From positions 1 to 18,759 of the forward strand of contig JAYZAL010000008.1 in the NCBI GenBank assembly GCA_036339735.1: 18,759 nucleotides of DNA, given 5' to 3'. The position numbers and the translations under genes are program-made. Below the pieces are notes generated by a model, which was given only the letters and a program-made list of their open reading frames with translations, did no database searches and was not told where the DNA came from. This stretch comes from Candidatus Poribacteria bacterium. GTDB taxonomy: Bacteria; Poribacteria; WGA-4E; UBA9662. Positions 16,073-18,759 of the stretch are shown piece after piece (the first letter of the stretch is position 1; the number at the start of each line of letters is the position of its first letter).

Positions 16073-17725
16073 TCAATCTATTTCTTTGATAACCAATATT
16101 TGGTTAGGCTGAACAGAGTGTAAAATTTTTTGATTGCCGCTTGGCCACTCAATTTCGATGTCTGCTGTCTTGGCCGTTCCTAAACCGAAGTAGGCACGCA
16201 AATCACTTTGAGACAGGTAGCTTGATCCAGACCGAATCTCCCGAATCTGGGTTGACTCTTCTGTCTTAAGGCGAATCCGAGTTCCAATTGCATCTCGATT
16301 GCTTTTTCGACCGATACATTTAATGGCTAGCCAGTGGTTCTCATTGCCTCCATCATTGCGTAAGACATCTAGTCGCTGATTGAGATTGCTGATAACTAAA
16401 TCTAAATCTCCGTCATTGTCCAAGTCCCCATAAGCCATTCCCCTGCTGACCTTACGAAGTTGTAACCCTGAGCCAAAATCGGGACTCACCTCTTTGAAGG
16501 TACCGTCACCTCTATTTTGGAAAAGCTGATTGCGTTGTGCATAGGTTCCGACCTCACTGAAATCTTCAATATTATCATCAATATGACCATTAGCTATAAA
16601 AATATCGAGATAGCGATCGTTGTCGTAATCAAAAAAATCAACTCCCCAAGATAAATAGATTAAGCTCTTTGCGCCAATACCACACGAATAACTTAAGTCA
16701 GTAAAAAAACCGTTGCCTTCGTTATGAAATAGAACGTTGGGCTGGTCTTGAAAGTTGGTAACAACTAGATCTAGATTCCCATCGTTATTATAATCTCCAA
16801 AGCTAGTTCCCATACCATTGAGAGGTTGTCCATCTTCATTAAAGGCGACTCCTACTAACATCGAGACTTCAGTGAAGGTTCCATTACCCTCGTTTCTAAA
16901 TAGGAAATCTTGCATCAAATCGTTGGCAACAAAAACGTCTAAATCCTGATCGTTATCATAATCTGCCCAGCTAATACCTAGTCCTTTGCCAGGTTTCTCT
17001 AGGCCGGCTGCTTGGGTAACATCAGAGAAAGTGCCATCCTGGTTATTACGATATAGTACATCGAAGGTCGGTTCAAAAATATTAGGACTGCAATAGGTCG
17101 GAAAATCATTCTTAGCACACTTGGGATTATTGCCCAACTCAAAATCAACATAATTGACCACATACAGATCGAGATATCCATCATTATCATAATCAGCGAA
17201 ACTAGAACTGGTACTCCAACCTGATTCACCAACCCCTGCTTGTTGAGTAACATCCGTAAAAGTGCCGTCCCCATTGTTAATATAGAGCTGGTTTGGGCCA
17301 AAGTTGGTAATATAAATATCGGGATCACCATCGTTATCATAATCGCCGACACAAGAACCTACTCCGTAGCCGATACCGGTTACTCCAGCTTGTTGGGTAA
17401 CGTCCGTAAAAGTCATATCGCCGTTGTTACGATAAAGTCGATTTCGAATTGGATTTTCCAGTTCAGTCCCAGGAAGATTGCCTCCATTTACACAATAGAT
17501 ATCGAGATAACCATCAGTGTTAAAGTCGAGCAAAGCAACACCACAACCGAGGGTTTCAAGTAGAAACTTTTGTCCACTACGTCCATCGACATGCTCAAAA
17601 TCAATACCACTATCTAACGTTACATCCACAAATTGGGCGACTGTCCTGATGCCTGAAATAAAAAAACAGATGGAGAACAGAGTCCAAAACCAAGAAATTG
17701 AATGTCGAATCATCGCATCTTGCAC
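16073..17725 (-). CDS. CRTAC1 / ASPIC-UnbV family protein with FG-GAP/VCBS repeats, probably exported
   Basis: Hydrophobic N-terminus, then QFVDVT..SGIDFEH. Repeated D[FY][DN]NDG..D[IL][YF]V.N and NGDGTFTDVT..AG units. C-terminal ASPIC/UnbV region NRDAIGTRI...GSSYLSQSD...FGLG...IEWPSG. Start is GTG 17725 or ATG 17713. Confidence 0.92.
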   Translation of the reverse strand: MQDAMIRHSISWFWTLFSICFFISGIRTVAQFVDVTLDSGIDFEHVDGRSGQKFLLETLGCGVALLDFNTDGYLDIYCVNGGNLPGTELENPIRNRLYRNNGDMTFTDVTQQAGVTGIGYGVGSCVGDYDNDGDPDIYITNFGPNQLYINNGDGTFTDVTQQAGVGESGWSTSSSFADYDNDGYLDLYVVNYVDFELGNNPKCAKNDFPTYCSPNIFEPTFDVLYRNNQDGTFSDVTQAAGLEKPGKGLGISWADYDNDQDLDVFVANDLMQDFLFRNEGNGTFTEVSMLVGVAFNEDGQPLNGMGTSFGDYNNDGNLDLVVTNFQDQPNVLFHNEGNGFFTDLSYSCGIGAKSLIYLSWGVDFFDYDNDRYLDIFIANGHIDDNIEDFSEVGTYAQRNQLFQNRGDGTFKEVSPDFGSGLQLRKVSRGMAYGDLDNDGDLDLVISNLNQRLDVLRNDGGNENHWLAIKCIGRKSNRDAIGTRIRLKTEESTQIREIRSGSSYLSQSDLRAYFGLGTAKTADIEIEWPSGNQKILHSVQPNQILVIKEID

Positions 17726-17735
17726 AGAACCTCAA

Positions 17736-18758
17736 TCAAGGATTCTGGATTGATTTTTGGATTTGTTTCAGCCCACGTTGATAAAGTGTATTTGAAGGAT
17801 CTAAATCAATCGCACGCTGAATTGATTTTGTAGCTAACCGATATTCACCCTTCCGGTGGTAAATCCAAGACAAAATATTCAAATGTGGAGCCGAAGGTTG
17901 AATTTTTACGGCCTTTTCAGCGACCTCTAACGCCTGGTCAAGTCTGATTTTATCCCGACCGTATAATTTCGCCAATCCAATTAATGCCTGAGTGTTTTGG
18001 GATTGAATCAAGAGCGCGTTTTGATAGTGCCTTTCTGCCGCTTGGTAGTTCTGTTCATTAAAGTAAATTTCAGCCAAAGCACACTGGGCTTCAACCAGTT
18101 TGGGTTGTAATGTTATGGCGCGTTGATAATATTTTATAGCTTTCTTCGATTTAGATTGACGTAGATAGGTTAAACCTAGTGCAGCGTGTGCCTGAGCCAA
18201 ATCTGGTTTTAAGGCGATGGCTTTTTCTTGAGCCGCAACAGCGGCCACGTAGCGCTCTAACATCAGATAGGATAGACCCAATCCGCTATGAGCTTCGGCC
18301 AAATTGGGGTTGCGCCAAATCGATTTTCGATAGCTTTCAACTGCCTGTTGGTAGGCGCCATATTTCAGGTAGGTCTGGGCCAAATTAGAGAAGGCTGCGG
18401 CTTGATCTTGTCCTCGACTACGATCGACAATATCCCGTTTTTCTTCTATGTCTTTAGCTTGTACTTTCAATCGCTCAGCTATGTTTAGATGTTGGGTTGC
18501 TGTTGCTTTATGGTGAGGATTACTTTGACTAAGACGAAAATAAACTTTAGCCAAATTATAGTGGGCTGCCCCCATAACAGGTTTATATTGAATCGCAACC
18601 TGATAAGCTTTAGTAGCCGCCTGTAGTTTTTTCTGCTTAACCAGCAAGTTGCCTTTCTGATAGTAGGCTTCCGCTAACCGATTAGTCGCTGGCAGATGTT
18701 CTTCTAATAAAATAGCTCGGTTTAAATGTTGAAGAGCTTCTTTTATTAACCCTTGTTT
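17736..18758 (-). CDS. Tetratricopeptide-repeat protein, N-terminus beyond the window edge
   Basis: Frame stays open from 18647 to the window end (KQGLIKEALQHLNRAILLEEHLPATNRLAEAYYQKGNLL...). Several TPR units, e.g. AEAHSGLGLSYLMLERYVAAVAAQEKAIALKPDL and AQAHAALGLTYLRQSKSKKAIKYYQRAITLQPKL. Ends 10 nt before the CRTAC1 gene, so probably an operon. Confidence 0.93.
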   Translation of the reverse strand, partial: KQGLIKEALQHLNRAILLEEHLPATNRLAEAYYQKGNLLVKQKKLQAATKAYQVAIQYKPVMGAAHYNLAKVYFRLSQSNPHHKATATQHLNIAERLKVQAKDIEEKRDIVDRSRGQDQAAAFSNLAQTYLKYGAYQQAVESYRKSIWRNPNLAEAHSGLGLSYLMLERYVAAVAAQEKAIALKPDLAQAHAALGLTYLRQSKSKKAIKYYQRAITLQPKLVEAQCALAEIYFNEQNYQAAERHYQNALLIQSQNTQALIGLAKLYGRDKIRLDQALEVAEKAVKIQPSAPHLNILSWIYHRKGEYRLATKSIQRAIDLDPSNTLYQRGLKQIQKSIQNP

Positions 18759-18759
18759 G

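Noticed and set aside
17005-17430. Recurrent ~30-nt similar sequences (…GTAACATCCGTAAAAGT…) resembling a repeat array
   Set aside because: They encode the GDGTFTDVTQQAG units of the FG-GAP repeats. They are degenerate at third positions, so not CRISPR.
1723-18488. Short ORFs overlapping the long genes (e.g. 2177-2500, 2628-2924, 9921-10214, 16999-17352, 17240-17563, 18179-18388)
   Set aside because: Antisense or off-frame shadows of well-supported CDSs, with no motifs of their own.
1-18759. tRNA, rRNA, CRISPR array, integron attC array, tnpA transposase
   Set aside because: None recognised. The long inverted repeats share no sequence with each other and lack attC-type RYYYAAC/GTTRRRY ends, so the PhyH genes are not called as cassettes.

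Overview
AT-rich (roughly 40% GC by eye) bacterial region. The gene mix (many PhyH-family dioxygenases, a DUF6785-type membrane protein, an ASPIC/UnbV-CRTAC1 protein, a TPR protein) resembles Candidatus Poribacteria, but that taxonomy is inference. Intact genes: 3' end of an ABC/AAA-type ATPase, a GH127 beta-L-arabinofuranosidase-like hydrolase, a mandelate racemase/MLE enolase-superfamily enzyme, six divergent PhyH-family Fe(II)/2-oxoglutarate oxygenases, the membrane protein, and a TPR plus CRTAC1 pair. One PhyH gene (4502-5284) has H-x-G instead of H-x-D, a halogenase-like signature. The long spacers hold elements missing from the ORF track: an IS200/IS605 OMEGA locus (a well-paired omegaRNA/HEARO scaffold followed by a twice-stopped, truncated iscB/isrB), a seventh PhyH gene that is a pseudogene, a decayed BspA-type LRR fragment, a probable decayed NUDIX gene, and several long inverted repeats. 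Everything was read and translated by hand; no searches were run.
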